From contig OX597826.1 in assembly GCA_951406725.2 (NCBI GenBank), positions 81,902,001 to 81,966,000 on the forward strand: a stretch of DNA of 64,000 nt, given 5' to 3'. Shown piece by piece: positions 13,130-26,610 of this stretch. The notes under the pieces were generated by a model. The model was not told where the DNA came from. It ran no database searches and saw nothing but the letters and a program-made list of their open reading frames with translations. This DNA is from Octopus vulgaris (taxonomy: Eukaryota). Made by a program: the position numbers and the translations under genes. How positions within the stretch are numbered: position 1 is the first letter of the stretch; each line of letters opens with the position of its first letter.

Positions 13130-13400
13130 TCTTGGTTGTTTGTCCCATTCTGAGATGGGAACGGTTTAAGGGGCGGTAGATTGGGGCGGATTGGCGCCAA
13201 AATTTACACTGGGGGGTAAAATGGGGTGGGCAATGGTGTGAGGAGGGTTGCAAGTCGCTCGGGGCTACCGTTTGGTTGCCATGGCGAGGAATATAGGAAA
13301 AATTGAGTGTTATGGGATAGACAGGTTGCACTGTTTGAATAATGGTGGCTTTTCGTGTTGCTGCAGGGGCTAGAAGCGGTTATAATAATTTCTTTTACTC
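13130..13400 (-). mobile_element. Probable PLE ORF remnant (RT-to-endonuclease linker)
   Basis: PITLNFSYIP...KFWRQSAPIYRPLNRSHL resembles the P-hydrophobic-Y-P and (F/W)RR..NL...LV.S pattern of the Penelope linker; recognised by eye only. Confidence 0.4.
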
Positions 13401-14726
13401 GTCACAGCTGCATGGCATGGAGTACACACAGTCTTTGGTCACATTCTCTTCTATTGGTGGTTTTATTCGAAGGAGATATTTGCAAAGGGTTCAATCCGCT
13501 CGGATTTAACAGTTAAATCTCCCTCGAATTACAGCGTCCTACTGTTTTAAAACAGAAAAGATACACGGGATTACGTAATTCTAGAAATACTGACTAAAAG
13601 ACGGGCGGTAAGGCCACATTTAGAATGCCTTTTGATCAGTTCCATAGCTACTACAGCAACTGCCACACGGCAGGAAACTATACGTTCTATGATACATCGC
13701 AAACAGACGCCTTAGTACTGAGCTCTTTGATTCTTCCCTTTGCTGATAAAGAACAAAGAACGGAAGCATTAGATTGTATTCTTCTTCTTAACAAATGATT
13801 TGCCGAACTAGAACTTACAACTTCCACTTATTAAACTATTTGTATTACCCTTGGCCCAAAGTACTACATTTCTAGTTTCCCTTCGTTCCCTCTGTTTCAC
13901 ATTACTGTTTTATTGGGTGATGTATTACATTAATTATTCTTCTCAGTTCGCTATATTTCCTACCGTAAAGTTTTCCAATAAAATCAGCTAAAAATAAACG
14001 ACATCGTATTACTTGTCAATAAATGTCAGTTAATAGTGTTATTTTTATGTCAGATATACTTAAATATTATTCTCACTGTCTCCAGACACCGTCCTATTTC
14101 CTGACACATGCAACAACACATCAAACTCCAAAACATATAATAGAATCCGTTTTATAGGCGATGCTGTAGTTCTTTGTTGTTTTGAAGTTGAATCTAATGC
14201 AGAGAAGTTTTGTTTTTTTTTAATGTTTTCGTTTTCTTTTCTTTTTCCATCAGCAGAACTTTAAGATTTTGTCTTATGCTTTGCTGCGTAGAATACATTA
14301 TCTCATATCGCACTATGTGTGTCCAACATATGCATATAATATCAACTCTGAATTTATATTCCTTACCAATGAGTATTATTCCTAATCTGCTTAGGATATA
14401 TTTACTATAAACAGTTATTTACATATGTCGAGTTCTGGGCCAGATTGTATATATATTGCATCAAGTTTCAATTAATATTTTTTACTGACTACTCAATAAG
14501 CAAACGCACACACGCGCACGCACGCACACACATATATGTGTGTGCGTGTGTGTGTGTTTGAGTTACCTTTTGATTTACTTTGATATGTGCTGAAATGGCT
14601 ACTTAGCCAATCGCTAAAATAATTACAAAGCTGAAATGATAATAATTACTCCTGGCCAATACTATTAAGAAACACCCGGATGGCGATGCACCAGAACGGC
14701 TGCTGTCCGATGACAGAAGCCAGTAA

Positions 14727-14773
<47 letters not shown>

Positions 14774-15673
14774 GGGGGAAAATAACATAAAAACAGAAAA
14801 GAATATATAAGAAAGAATCTGTATCTGATAATGGCTGATATGAATGTTTGTTTTTGATTGGCTGATTTCTCATTGTACTTGATACAGGGAAAATAGAAGA
14901 GAGAGAGAAATGAAATACGGAGAAATAGAGAGAGTTAACATGAGTGCACAGTAGAAAAAGAAGACGAACGGTAGACACACAGAGTAAGGAAAATGTCAGA
15001 AACACGCGACGTGGAGAGGGAGTATGTGTTGAGGCATACATGTATAGATATGTATTTATATTGGGACGGTGGAACCTTCCCTGCCCTCAACACATTCCAC
15101 CGAACCTCCTACTCTCCTCCAGTACTGCTTGCTCTCCACATTTAAACTTCTCTGCGTCATAACCTGAAATGTAAGAAATTTTCTACCCCGATGATGGAGG
15201 CTCAACTTATCCAAAGCTTATTTGCTTCCATTACTGGCTGCATCTTGTGGTGAACTACATCTACCAACTTTATGACGGATCTCCGAGCTCTCAGAAACAG
15301 CTGATGGACTTAGAGGACAGTTTACCTTCTCCCCTTTAATTTTCTCTGTCATTTGCATTCTGCATAAGTTTGATCCATAAATACATAAATATCTATACTT
15401 TTATACTTAAATATTCATCGTCTGAAAATCCCCAGTCTTTGCTCTTTCTCTGTTTACATGTATTCATTTACATATCAAACCCGAGCTGTTACATTTAGTT
15501 TGTTTATTCATATAATCGCCTCCGTATCTGCTCATATGAATTCCTCTTATTGTCACTCTTTACCTCGCGGATTTGGTCCCACCTAGAGACATCGGAGTCT
15601 AAGTTCGAATCATTTGAGCGCTACAAAGTGTTTTCTATACCGAGAATCTCTGGATCTCGTCAGTTGACTACCC

Positions 15674-15741
<68 letters not shown>

Positions 15742-15744
15742 GTT

Positions 15745-15955
15745 ATTTTATTCTTTCACTTGTTTCAGATATATGGCTGCTGCCATACTGGAAAACTGCT
15801 TTGAAAGGTTTTCGTCGAACAAATCGACCTCAGGACTTCTTTTTTAAGCGTAGTACTTATTCTATCGGTCGTTTTTGACAACCGCTAAGTTGCGGGGTCA
15901 CCAACACTGGCTGTCAAGCGGTGATGGAGGGAGAAAACACAGACTCAAAGACACA
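15745..15955 (-). mobile_element. SINE family B, 3' part
   Basis: tagtacttattctatcggtc...ccgctaagttgcgggg...tgtcaagcg is shared with the 24797 copy. Confidence 0.8.
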
Positions 15956-15979
15956 CACACGTACGCACACACACAGTCA

Positions 15980-16780
15980 ATTCAAATAAACGAATAAAAA
16001 CAGACACCAGGAGGACGCGCATAAGAAATGTATTAGCTTGAAGTTCGGTGAAAGGAGAGAGTGATGGTTCGAGCGTAGGCTGTGTGAAATTTATGAGACG
16101 TTTACGAAGAGAAAGGTAGTCTTACGGCTGTTTCTGGAACATTAGGGATATCGCTTCATCAGAGTCGATATGACAGAGTCAACGAGAGGGAAGTAGTATA
16201 AATCAGTATAAGGAGTTATTTTGGAAAATGATGGATATAGGAAGTATAAAGGGAAATAGAATAAAAATAAAGGTAAAAATATATGTAGGATGTTACAGAT
16301 GGATAGTTTGGAGTCAAATTTCATGTGTTGTTCATTTAAATAGGTCTTGTGGTGTGAACGAGATAAGAGAATAGATATGTATGTTAGAAACAGAATGGTA
16401 TCAGTCAAAAGGAATGGGGGAGGAAACAGAAAGAGGAAGAAAAAAGGAGTGCTAAATAAAGGTGGTCAAGATGTTTGGGGGGGGGGGAGAAAAGCTATCA
16501 AGTTAAAGGAATAGGGGAGGTGTAGAAGGAAGAGATAAGAATGTAAGGAAGGAATAGTTGTGAAAAGTGGAAGGTGGGATGATATGTTTGAAAGGCACTA
16601 AAGTGGGGAGACAGGTAATGAAAATGGCACGGTGGTGTGTACTAAACCTCAAAAAGGAAGGGAAGAATACGATATAATGGTCAAGGTTCTAAAAATAGAC
16701 GTAGGTATTTAATGTTGTAGCTACAGTGATAGTAGGGTGGGGCTGAGGAATCAGAGAGAGAAAGAAAGATGTGTATCCAG
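15980..16780 (-). mobile_element. PLE-derived segment(s) with hammerhead-like motif CUGAUGA...GAAA-CAGCCGUA at about 16120-16168
   Basis: Core motifs on the minus strand; pyrimidine-rich linker; aagaaatgtattagcttga is shared with 25520-25560. Confidence 0.5.
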
Positions 16781-17445
16781 ATATACACACGCGCGCAAAC
16801 ATATACATATATATATATACACAGTAAAATATGTACGCATATATATACACACTCACACACACACACAGATATTATCGTAGAAAACACACCCACACACACA
16901 CACGCATGATTAAAACTATATAGCTAGTTGCTAAGATTAAATAATTCCTTCTCTGCAATATATGTATGTATCCATGCATATATATATATATATATTACTT
17001 GAAAACCTCCACTAACTGAAGAAATTATATAATTTTAGTAACTAGCTGTATAAATTGTTAGTTTTAATCGTGTGAACGCGTGTGGGTGTAACTTCTACGA
17101 AAATACTTTCACTTAAATTTTTGGAATCGTATGTAATTGTTTGAAATCAGATTTAATTTAGTAAAAAGTTAGTTTTCTATGCATGTTACGCACGATTTCT
17201 TTATTGTCTAAAAATTAATTCTCGGTGATCATGCGCAGTGATGTCAGATTTAAGTCACAAATGAAACTGTTATTACGTTTGTCTCCTTTTTTTGTCATTT
17301 CATGAAATATTTTCTGAAGATAATTAAATTAAAATAACTGGAGACTGCGTTTGTCGTTCGGAGAAGAATCTGGAAGCTACAGAAAAGTACAAAAATATTA
17401 AGAAACATTCAACTATAATTTTTTTCCTAAATTTAACAAGTTTTC

Positions 17446-17484
<39 letters not shown>

Positions 17485-17689
17485 ATCAGTTTGAGCTCGA
17501 AGCTGTGGCCATGCTGGGCAACGTCGTTTTGCTGCACTGTTATTATTGAGAGCCTCCTCTAATATGTAGAATTTCGCGAATAAGGGAGTTTGATGCCGCT
17601 GTCTTCATTTCGCCTCCTGCCGCGTGGTTGGTTCATCTGAGACTCTCCACAGGAAAAGAGGACGAATATCGGCTGAAGAAGAATATCCT

Positions 17690-17808
17690 CCAGGACTTAA
17701 TCTTTTAAAATCTAGTACTTATTCTACCGCTCTGTTTTGCAGAACCACTAAGAGGACGTAAATATACCAACATCGGTTGTCAAACGATGGAGGTAAACGC
17801 ACACACAT

Positions 17809-17839
<31 letters not shown>

Positions 17840-18221
17840 GACGGGCTTCTTTCAGTTTCCGTCCACCAAAGCCACTCACAAGGCTTTGGTCGGTTCGAGG
17901 CACCTTGGACAAGTGTGTTCTACTATAACCTCGAGCAATATTAGGGTGCATTTGATAGACAGAAATTGAAGCCCGTTGTATGTGTGTGTGTGTTCGTGCG
18001 TGCGTGCGTATGTGTGTGTGTGTGAGTTAGTGTTTCTCCCCCCCCACCATCGCTTGAAAATCAATGTTGATGTGTTCATGTCCCCGTAACTTAATGGTTC
18101 GGCAAAAGAGAATGATAAAATAAGTTTTAGGCTTACAAAGAATAAGTCCAGGGGTCATTTCTTCGACTAAAACCCTTTAAGGCAGTGCTCCAACCTGGCC
18201 GCAGTCAGATGACTGAAACAA

Positions 18222-18222
<1 letters not shown>
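17690..18222. mobile_element. Two 5'-truncated SINE family B copies fused head-to-head
   Basis: A minus copy at 17690-17900 abuts a plus copy at about 17898-18222; both match the 24797 element. Confidence 0.8.
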
Positions 18223-18258
<36 letters not shown>

Positions 18259-19079
18259 GTATGTATGCTGGAGCACCGCTTTTATATATATATCGTAACA
18301 AAATGGTAGATTTTCATGCATCCCTCAGAAACGAATATGGGGACATGGTAAAAAAACTCTCTCCTCTGAGAATGTGAAACGGTCCAAAAACCATGAGTCA
18401 CTTGTTACTTGCCTCGTAATTCAATTTCCTCCATCTTGTTGGGATGATATGAGAAATTACATTAAAAAAAATCGCAAGACTGAGTAAAAAAACAAAAAAA
18501 AAAAAGAAACGGCAGATTTGATATAGACACGAAATAATAGTAACACGCCACATCTACAACTATAAACATTATTTTTACTCATTAAAAACATGAAAGATTC
18601 TAATTTGACGCTATATGTTGCAAAAATGAACAAGCTACTTTGTCTTGCATAGTCATAAAGAAAAAAAGAAAACTCGTAGTTGATGCTATTACATACTCGG
18701 TCATTTTATGACCTTCATTAAATATGAAAACTTTAAAGAGTTTTAAGTTAATTGTTGTTTCACAGAACAGTTTGAGTCATTTAATTTATGTTGCAAACAT
18801 CATTCTCTTTCCTCCAGAAGCTGTATAATGAACGCTTTGTATCTATAATAGTCTTCTCTACCACTCCACCATTTTGCGTCATCATCACAATCGCCAACTC
18901 TTTCACCCACCACTGACAAAATTATTTCATAAATCATCGTTTTTGTTGCCGTCATTTTTGCCAATGTTATTATCATTACCATCGCTGCTGCTGCTGCTGC
19001 AGTTGTTGATGTTGCTATTGTTGTTGTACAAGTAACATGTTCGTTTCGAGTCGCTCGTAACTTTTGTTTGAAACTGTCT

Positions 19080-19800
19080 TTTAAAATTAAATAATCAAAA
19101 TCTTTACTCCATATGTCTTGTAAAGTCTGAACGATTTAAGATGCTGCTAAACTCCGTCGTATTTTTGCCGTTGGGGAATAATTTTCTTTTATTTATTTCG
19201 TAAAATTTATTCAGGTCTTCGAATATGACGTCAAATTTGCCGCCAAAATGTCAGTGGGGTGAGAGCAGAGATTGGAAGAGCTATTTTGAAGCCGCTTTCC
19301 AAGTTTTATAATAAAACACCCTGTCAACACAAGACCGAAAGGAAGCAACAACAATAATAGCAACAACAAAGAAAGAGAAAAGGAGAATAAAAATAAAAAA
19401 AAACAACGCAAAAAACGAGACTGGAGTACAAAACAAATTAAATTGTCGCTTCCACGAACGCGCAGATTCCAGCCATTTGCATTGACCAATACAAAAACCA
19501 CGATACGAAGATTTACAAATAAAACACTGGCGGTTTTGCCGATGCTGTTTGCCGGATTAGAAGGTTTTTGGAAGTGGCAAGAATTATAAAATTGCCGAAA
19601 AATTAGGTCGAGATGAAATATAACCGTAAAGATAGCTGAACACCCTGACGTTTTGTATAATTCTGAACTGTACACACACAGTTTATAAACAAAAAATTAG
19701 TCAACACTTGCAACGCAAAGCTGGTTCCTCCTTTCTTCTTCGCGACTGGTTTCCCCAGGGTAGCGAGGGTTAAAAATGGCGATGGGTTGAAGACTTATTT
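19080..19800. promoter_or_regulatory. Unique, relatively CpG-rich island; candidate promoter or first exon
   Basis: Perfect CRE TGACGTCA at 19226-19233, TTTTGGCGGC on the minus strand at about 19239-19248, and YY1-like AAAATGGCG at about 19773. No repeat similarity seen. Confidence 0.3.
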
Positions 19801-20014
19801 TAAATAAACTAAGGCTGGAGATTTATTTCAAACATTTATCAGCCATAAAAACCATTCTCCAACTCAGAAACAAAAGCTTTCCATTGGAAGATAGGCAACG
19901 CGTGTGTATGCACACACACACACATATATATATACACAAACACTCGTGTGTATGTATGTATGTATGCATGTATGTATGTACGTACGTATGCGTGTACATG
20001 CTTGCAAGTATTCT

Positions 20015-20054
<40 letters not shown>

Positions 20055-20820
20055 TGCATATATGCATTTGTTTCGTGTAAATATGTGGAGGAGCTCAGTT
20101 GAAATCGAATTCAATTCTAGAACGTGATATTGTTTGTCGCACATGGCGTTTGCTTTGAATCAATCTCCGAATAAATTCAATAATCTTCAATTATGGCACA
20201 AGTAGCAAGTGAAATATATATTTGCTTATCCCTCTTTGTATCTAGTGAGACGATCCATGAATATTTTGAGTTCAAATTGTACCAAGAGAATTTCATTAAA
20301 ATGCTCATTTTTTTTTTTTTTGCATTTCCCTTAATCGATGAAATATAAGTCAATCAATCGTTAGACTTATTTATTTCTTCATTCATTCAATGATTTATGT
20401 TTTAGAACCTGACTTGTTTTTTTTTTCTTTTCCCTAAACAAAACTCGCACTGAATATGTTTCCCATAACACAATGGACCCCTTTATTTTCAAATGTTTTC
20501 TATGTTGTATTGTAACTGGGGCAAGTAATTCTTGTGTGCAACCTATCTCTCTATATTTTCGCTTGGTAAGAATGTAGAACCAAATCGATATAAACAAATG
20601 TATGTACATAAATGTTTATTGATATCAATACTATAGATTTGTTAGTCATGAAGCTCATTATATGAAAGGAAGTGGGAGTAAAGACAATTGATTCAACAGC
20701 AGCATATTATTTGCCTCTACCTTCCAGTTCACTGTGACCTGTTGACACGGTGGATTTCGCTTTCCTAGATTTCTAAACTATTATAATTTCTAAGAATGGA
20801 TTTTTAAGTATGAGAGCATC

Positions 20821-20912
<92 letters not shown>

Positions 20913-21365
20913 AAACGACTCTGAGTTACAATTACCAATTTGTGTTTCTCGTTCTTTTACATATTCTCGTGCGAGGCCGTTGCAGTTTATTTTGAAACGC
21001 TACACTTTCTAAATCTATCCTCGACTTCTGCAAACTGTCAAAATCACTTTCAGGATCCGAATTGTTGTTAATGGATGTAATTCTCTCTAGTATGAAGCGA
21101 ATATGATTAATATATCATTAGTGTAACTACTAAATATACTTCGCATTCTAAGGGGAAAACTAAACATCTAGAAAGTTTTAAAAGGAATTTAAAAAGTTTG
21201 CTGTTTCAAATAAAGTGCAGAGATATTAATTCAAAAAGATTAAACTTCAACATAGTTGTGGGTTTTTTTTATGTGTGTAAAAGAAATGTTCCCAGTCATC
21301 TATATGAACAAATACACGTATATTTATGTGCATTAGTCCATACTTGTATAAATACTTACAAGATA

Positions 21366-21600
21366 TCATTATCATCGTTCAACGTCCACTTTCCATGCTG
21401 GCATGGGTTGGACGGCTTGACTAAGGACTGACAAGCCAGGGGGGGGGCGGCACCAGGCTCTAATCTGCTCTGGTAATATTTCTACAGCTGGATGCTCTTC
21501 CTAACGCCAACCACTCCGAGAGTGTAGTGAGGGCTTTTTACGTGTCACCAACACGGGACCCAGTCGGGCGGCACTGGCATTGATCACGCTCGAATGGTGC
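21366..21600 (-). mobile_element. RTE-type LINE/SINE 3' end with (GAT)n tail
   Basis: catcgttcaacgtccactttccatgctggcatgggttggacgg...cttcctaacgccaaccact; homologous to 48218-48430. Confidence 0.8.
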
Positions 21601-23043
21601 TATACACACACACACACGCATACATATATAAGAAGGCGGTAAAAAGTTGCAAATTCCCCTGCAATATTCGAACTTAGCATTTGCCGTAAAACGTAAAGCC
21701 GTACTAAACACTTCCACAAAGGATGATTAGAATTTTTCAGCCTAGAAATGAGAAACTATGATTCCATATTGACGAGGTGTTCGGGGATCGCAATTTGCAT
21801 GGTATTAAGTTATAATAATATACATACGGGCATTTATACATATATTACATACATACATGCATACTTACATACACACATACGTAAGCATATACACGCACCT
21901 TCAATATATATAAACATAGGTGTGTTTGTGTGTGCGCGCGCTCGCGCTCTCATGACGACAGTCGTAATATCTTCTGCGACATTCGAATCCGTCCATGAAA
22001 TATCTTTGCTCATGCTTTACTTTCGTAGGGTGTCTCTCAGTTATTTGTTCTGTAAAAGTTTACAAATATTCTACATTAACCAGCATCGGTGTTTGTAGAT
22101 TCACAGATTGATATTTGATCTCCGGAAAGTTCGCTCATGGATGTGATTTATAGAATAGATGAGGACAATACCGAGTTGTTTTAGAGTTGCAAAATAGAAT
22201 ATTAATATCATTCATTGACTAACATTGTTCTCTCTTCACAACATAAGTATTTCAAGTTAGTTTTTTTTAATATCCAATGCATAAAATAAGTCTAACACTA
22301 ACCTACATTTTTGATTGCAGTCTGGTTTTCATTTGGAATTGAACAGAACTTTTCTTTGATGTTCACCTTGACGACCAATCGATTTAAAAAGATGAAACGC
22401 ATCAAAAACATTACCTTTCGGTTCCTAACATAGCCACAAGAATTTTACATACACACATTTACGCATATATAAAGTTGAAAATTCAATAATATAAGACTGA
22501 TGTGAAGTGAAAATACATAGGACAGCCTGGAGACAGTCGCAATATGTTGAAAGTACTTAAATTTGAATAAGTCGGACTGTTTATGATTCTCCATTCATCA
22601 TGTAAAAAGTAAACAGAATAGTTTAATTATCAATTTGGTTCAGAGAGGTTCCATATTTTAGATATCGATTCCTCGCGTGATTCCTATCTCAGAAAGCTGG
22701 CAATGTATTTTGTCTCCTCCTTCGATGCAACTAAATCAGTTTTCGTTAAACAGCTTAATAATTCCCATTCCAGTTTCGGCGGGACGTGTACACCACCTCT
22801 AAACATCCTAATCAATGTAATTGATATAATAAAACAGGAAGCTCTAAGGACCATTGACATTGCAGTGTGAGATGAAGAATTGCCATTGGTTCTATTATAT
22901 TATTTCTGTTATGGAACTACGTCGAATACTGAGTAAAAGCTTAGCACAGATCCTCTATTGTTGCTTTGCCAACCATTTATAATCCCTTTCAAAGGAACAA
23001 AATTGATGAAAATGGGAGAATTTCAAGTTGTACGTAATCCTTC

Positions 23044-23176
23044 TTGAAGAAGAGACCTGCTTACGTAAATAAATGTATTACGGCCTTGGTATCACACTAC
23101 ACATTACAAAACACACGGTTTAATTACACCGTCGCTGCCCTCGATAACGAAAATGCATGCCTGCGTGAGATTACTA
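23044..23176 (+). mobile_element. Ancient Ty3/Gypsy gag-like remnant
   Basis: TRFNYTVAALDNENACLREI resembles the T(K/R)(F/Y).YVVAALD...VRDI motif of Gypsy gag N-termini. Confidence 0.4.
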
Positions 23177-23445
23177 GATCCACCCTTAAATCACACCCTA
23201 CCATCTTAAAGAGTGATAGAAGCGCAGTGTCGGTTTGCGAAAAAGACGAGATTACACAGAAAGCTTTTGGTCATAAATGGATTTGGGTTTATCTGAAATC
23301 TAAACAACGATTACCACTACTACTACTACTACTACTGGCACAATGGACAATTCACTCGCAGATATACAACTCCTGAAAATAACACGTGATGGATAGACGT
23401 TTGATCATAAGCCTGCTCAGTGTGGGTTAACCCAGGGTTAAAGAA
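23175..23445 (+). mobile_element. Old SINE-like family D, two fragments; others near 13490, 36350, 46460, 50285, 52560
   Basis: Recurrent aaatcacaccctacc.tcttaaa ... tttgatcata.g.ctgctc ... taaacaacaac motifs. Confidence 0.6.
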
Positions 23446-24152
23446 AAAAGAAGTTCATCGACATCAAAACCGACAAGAAATCGAATTGCCTCTCCCTTTC
23501 ATGTCTTTACTTCTTCCCTAAACACGTGGGCTTTCCGATATTATCGATCACCGTGCTTCAGATTTTTCTCAGAGATGACTAGGGTCACCCGACAACAGCT
23601 TGTGATGTCTTTGAAGAGATATTGAACAAAGTAAAAACATTCTGTAAGTAATGGCTTATGTAAAAGCCATTAGAGTTAACAATCCATACGCAAGAGGGGG
23701 GGGTTGACATTTTCCCATTAATTATCTTATTCTAATGAAGTTCAGGTACTTTTTCAATTTTGTAATAAAATGAAGAAAAACAAAGCTACATCGTAAGTTT
23801 AATTAATAATTTTAATGAAAGTTTTTCATGTGAATAAATGACAAACTCAAGTAAGAAACTAACAGCTTTGTTTTAAACAATAAAAGCGAATAAATAAATC
23901 TCGTCTGATTTAAGTTAATTTTCTACTAACAATTAAAGTAAAGGAAAATCTACCGACGATGTCAGTTCTTTCAGCAGAATATCTCGAATAAATAGAAGCA
24001 GAGGGATTCTTGGGAAATAAATCACGGAAAGTCATACGCGAAATAATGATTTCTGTTATGGTTTCTTTCAATTATACATTCACACACGCGCGCATACACA
24101 CACACGTATATATATAAATGTGTGTGTGTGTGTGTGTGTCTGTGTAGTGTGT

Positions 24153-24203
<51 letters not shown>

Positions 24204-24330
24204 TATAAGAAAAAAGGAAAACCTTTGTATAAGCCGATGCTTATGCATTTATATGTGTAAATATATATCTGTATGTATATATATAAATATGTATATCTCG
24301 CCGCAGCTCTCGTGGTGAAACTAGTAAAAG

Positions 24331-24359
<29 letters not shown>

Positions 24360-24364
<5 letters not shown>

Positions 24365-24460
24365 TCTCAGAGATTTGAGAGGCGTAAATGTGGAGACTTC
24401 AGAAAGCACCTGGACAAATTTCTAGCTGAAATCCCAGATGAATCCACATCACAGCCGGTT
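24360..24460 (+). mobile_element. CR1/L2-group LINE ORF2 C-terminal scrap
   Basis: NLRDLRGVNVET then, after a frameshift, KHLDKFLAEIPDE; matches the FK..LD.FL..IPD.P terminal motif. Confidence 0.6.
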
Positions 24461-24666
24461 GAGGCAAAATAGTTGTGACGTAATGTTGTTATGTGTCCTG
24501 AGTTCGATTTTTGTAGTGGGCGGATAGCACGGGGGCCGGCTTAAAAACTGGGACAATTTTCTACTATATTGGTTCTGGCTGACCAATGTATGTACATATC
24601 GACACAATATGCATACGTATATATAAATATATATGTGTGTGTGTGTATGTAATATATATCTATAGA

Positions 24667-24722
24667 TGTGTGTGTAATATATATCTATAAATAATTATAT
24701 ATATATATATAATTATTTATAG

Positions 24723-24740
<18 letters not shown>
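24667..24740. repeat. Perfect 74-bp palindrome centred on (TA)n
   Basis: 37-bp arms tgtgtgtgtaatatatatctataaataattatatata are exact reverse complements with no spacer. Confidence 0.9.
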
Positions 24741-24796
<56 letters not shown>

Positions 24797-25192
24797 CTCT
24801 TTTTACTCTTACTTGTTTCAGTCATTTGACTGTGGCCATGCTGGAGCACCGCCTTTAGTCGAGCAAATCGACCCCAGGACTTATTCTTTGTAAGCCAAGT
24901 ACTTATTCTATCGGGCTCTTTTACCGGAGCGCTAAGTTACGGGGACGTAAACACACCGGCATCGGTTGTCAAGCGATGTTGCAGGACAAACATAGACACA
25001 CAAACATTTGCATATATAAACATATATACGACGGGCTTCTTTCAGTTTCCGTCTACCAAATCCACTCACAAGGCTTTGGTCGGCGCTAGGCTATAGCAGA
25101 AGACACTTGCCCAAGGTGCAATGCAGTGGGACTGAACCCGGAACCATGTGGTTGGTTAGCAAGCCACTTACCACACAGCCACTTCTACGCCT
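24797..25192 (-). mobile_element. SINE family B, full length (about 400 bp)
   Basis: tRNA-like head (gtggctgtgtggtaag box A, gggttcagtccc box B), internal TG/TA tract, tail gactgaaacaagtaagagtaaaaaga. Confidence 0.93.
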
Positions 25193-25254
25193 CTATATAT
25201 ATTATATATATATATTTGTGTATATATATATATGTATATATCTATCTATCTATC

Positions 25255-25446
25255 AAAATGTAACCTCGTGTGTACCGTTGGCGATTTTTTCCTCCGTCTT
25301 CTCTTCTCTGGATCTTTCCTTCTATGTTTCTGACGAAGAGCTCCGCTCGAAACGTTAATCCCTCCTTCTTTCCTGAGCGTCCAATAATACTATATTTGTT
25401 CCACGTCCTCACGTTGTTGTTGTTTTGTGTGCTTTCTTGTTTGGAT

Positions 25447-25450
<4 letters not shown>
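25255..25450 (+). mobile_element. Short PLE terminus in (TA)n with hammerhead core at 25330-25356
   Basis: CTGACGA-A-GAGC-tcc-GCTC-GAAACGTT; homologous copy at 60142-60345. Confidence 0.75.
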
Positions 25451-25489
<39 letters not shown>

Positions 25490-25599
25490 AACTGCAGTAA
25501 ACGTGTAAAATTAAGGGAAACGCGAAGACGTGCACAAGAAATGTATTAGCTTGACGCTCGGGGAAAAGAAAAATATGTAGGGGGCGGGGGCGGGGTTAT

Positions 25600-25912
25600 G
25601 TGTGTAGGAAGATCCCCTCTCGGTCATGAATGACCATGGAGTTGCACCTAGAAAGTTCCTGTCGGAGGCAAAATTCCGGGCATGGTCGTTCATGCATACC
25701 AGCTTCCCCACTCAACGTCACCGATACAACCTAGGGGGGAAAAGCAAAGGGTCGATACAGCTTGGCACCAGTGATGTCACAACTCATTTCTACAGCTGTG
25801 TGAACTGGAGCAACGTGAAATAAAGTGTCTTGCTCAAGAACACAACACGCAGCCCGGTCCGTGTATCGAACTCACTAGAGCCCGGCGCTCTAGCCACTCA
25901 GCCATGCAACTT
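25600..25912 (-). mobile_element. SINE family C (tRNA head plus CORE/V-like central domain); second copy at about 59650-59875
   Basis: Minus strand gtgttgtgttcttgagcaagacactttatttcacgttgctccagttcac...gctgtagaaatgagt. Confidence 0.75.
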
Positions 25913-25930
25913 CACACACACACACACACA

Positions 25931-25973
<43 letters not shown>

Positions 25974-26417
25974 ACTTTTGCTATCGTCTCCACTCCACGA
26001 AAAGATGAAAGGAAAATTTTAACTCTGAGGGATTTGAACGCTAAAATAAAGAAACTTTGTGTAATGCTCTAAAACAGTTAATCGTTGAATCCGATGCGTT
26101 TAGAAAGGAGCAAAAACTCGAGCCAGTGTGATACTTATGCAGGGGGATACGCGATAACATTTTCTACTCTTCTTCTGTATCAAGGCTGACAGTTCAATTT
26201 CAAGTAAATCCACTCACCAATTTGAATTGATCAGGATTATTGCTTCTGCTCTGCTACAGTTACTACTACCACTGATATGACTTTGTAAATGGACAATCTG
26301 GTATGTTTATTTTAATGGCCTACCAATGTATACAGTGAGCTTCTTTGCCCTAGGTGTTGGGAAGACACTCAGCAAGAAACAGAAACAAAACAAAGATAAT
26401 AATAATAATAATAATAA

Positions 26418-26610
26418 TAATCCTTTCTACTATAGGCACAAGACGTGAAATTTTCTGGGGGTGGGGCAAGTCTATTACATGGCCCCTAGTGCTCAACTGG
26501 TACTTATTTTATCACTAAAGGCCGAATAGCGAAGTCGACCCCGGCGAATTTGCGAACTCTGAATGTAAAGGCGGACGAAATGGTGCTAACGATTCTGCCA
26601 GCAGGCCGAA
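26418..26610 (-). mobile_element. SINE family A next to (TAA)n
   Basis: Shared tail, core and head motifs. Confidence 0.8.

Noticed and set aside
19211-19675. 154-aa minus-strand ORF
   Set aside because: Low-complexity L/F runs derive from A-rich tracts; it looks like UTR or regulatory sequence.
25100-25192. tRNA-like box A and box B sequences
   Set aside because: They are SINE heads continuous with SINE bodies; no complete cloverleaf was seen.
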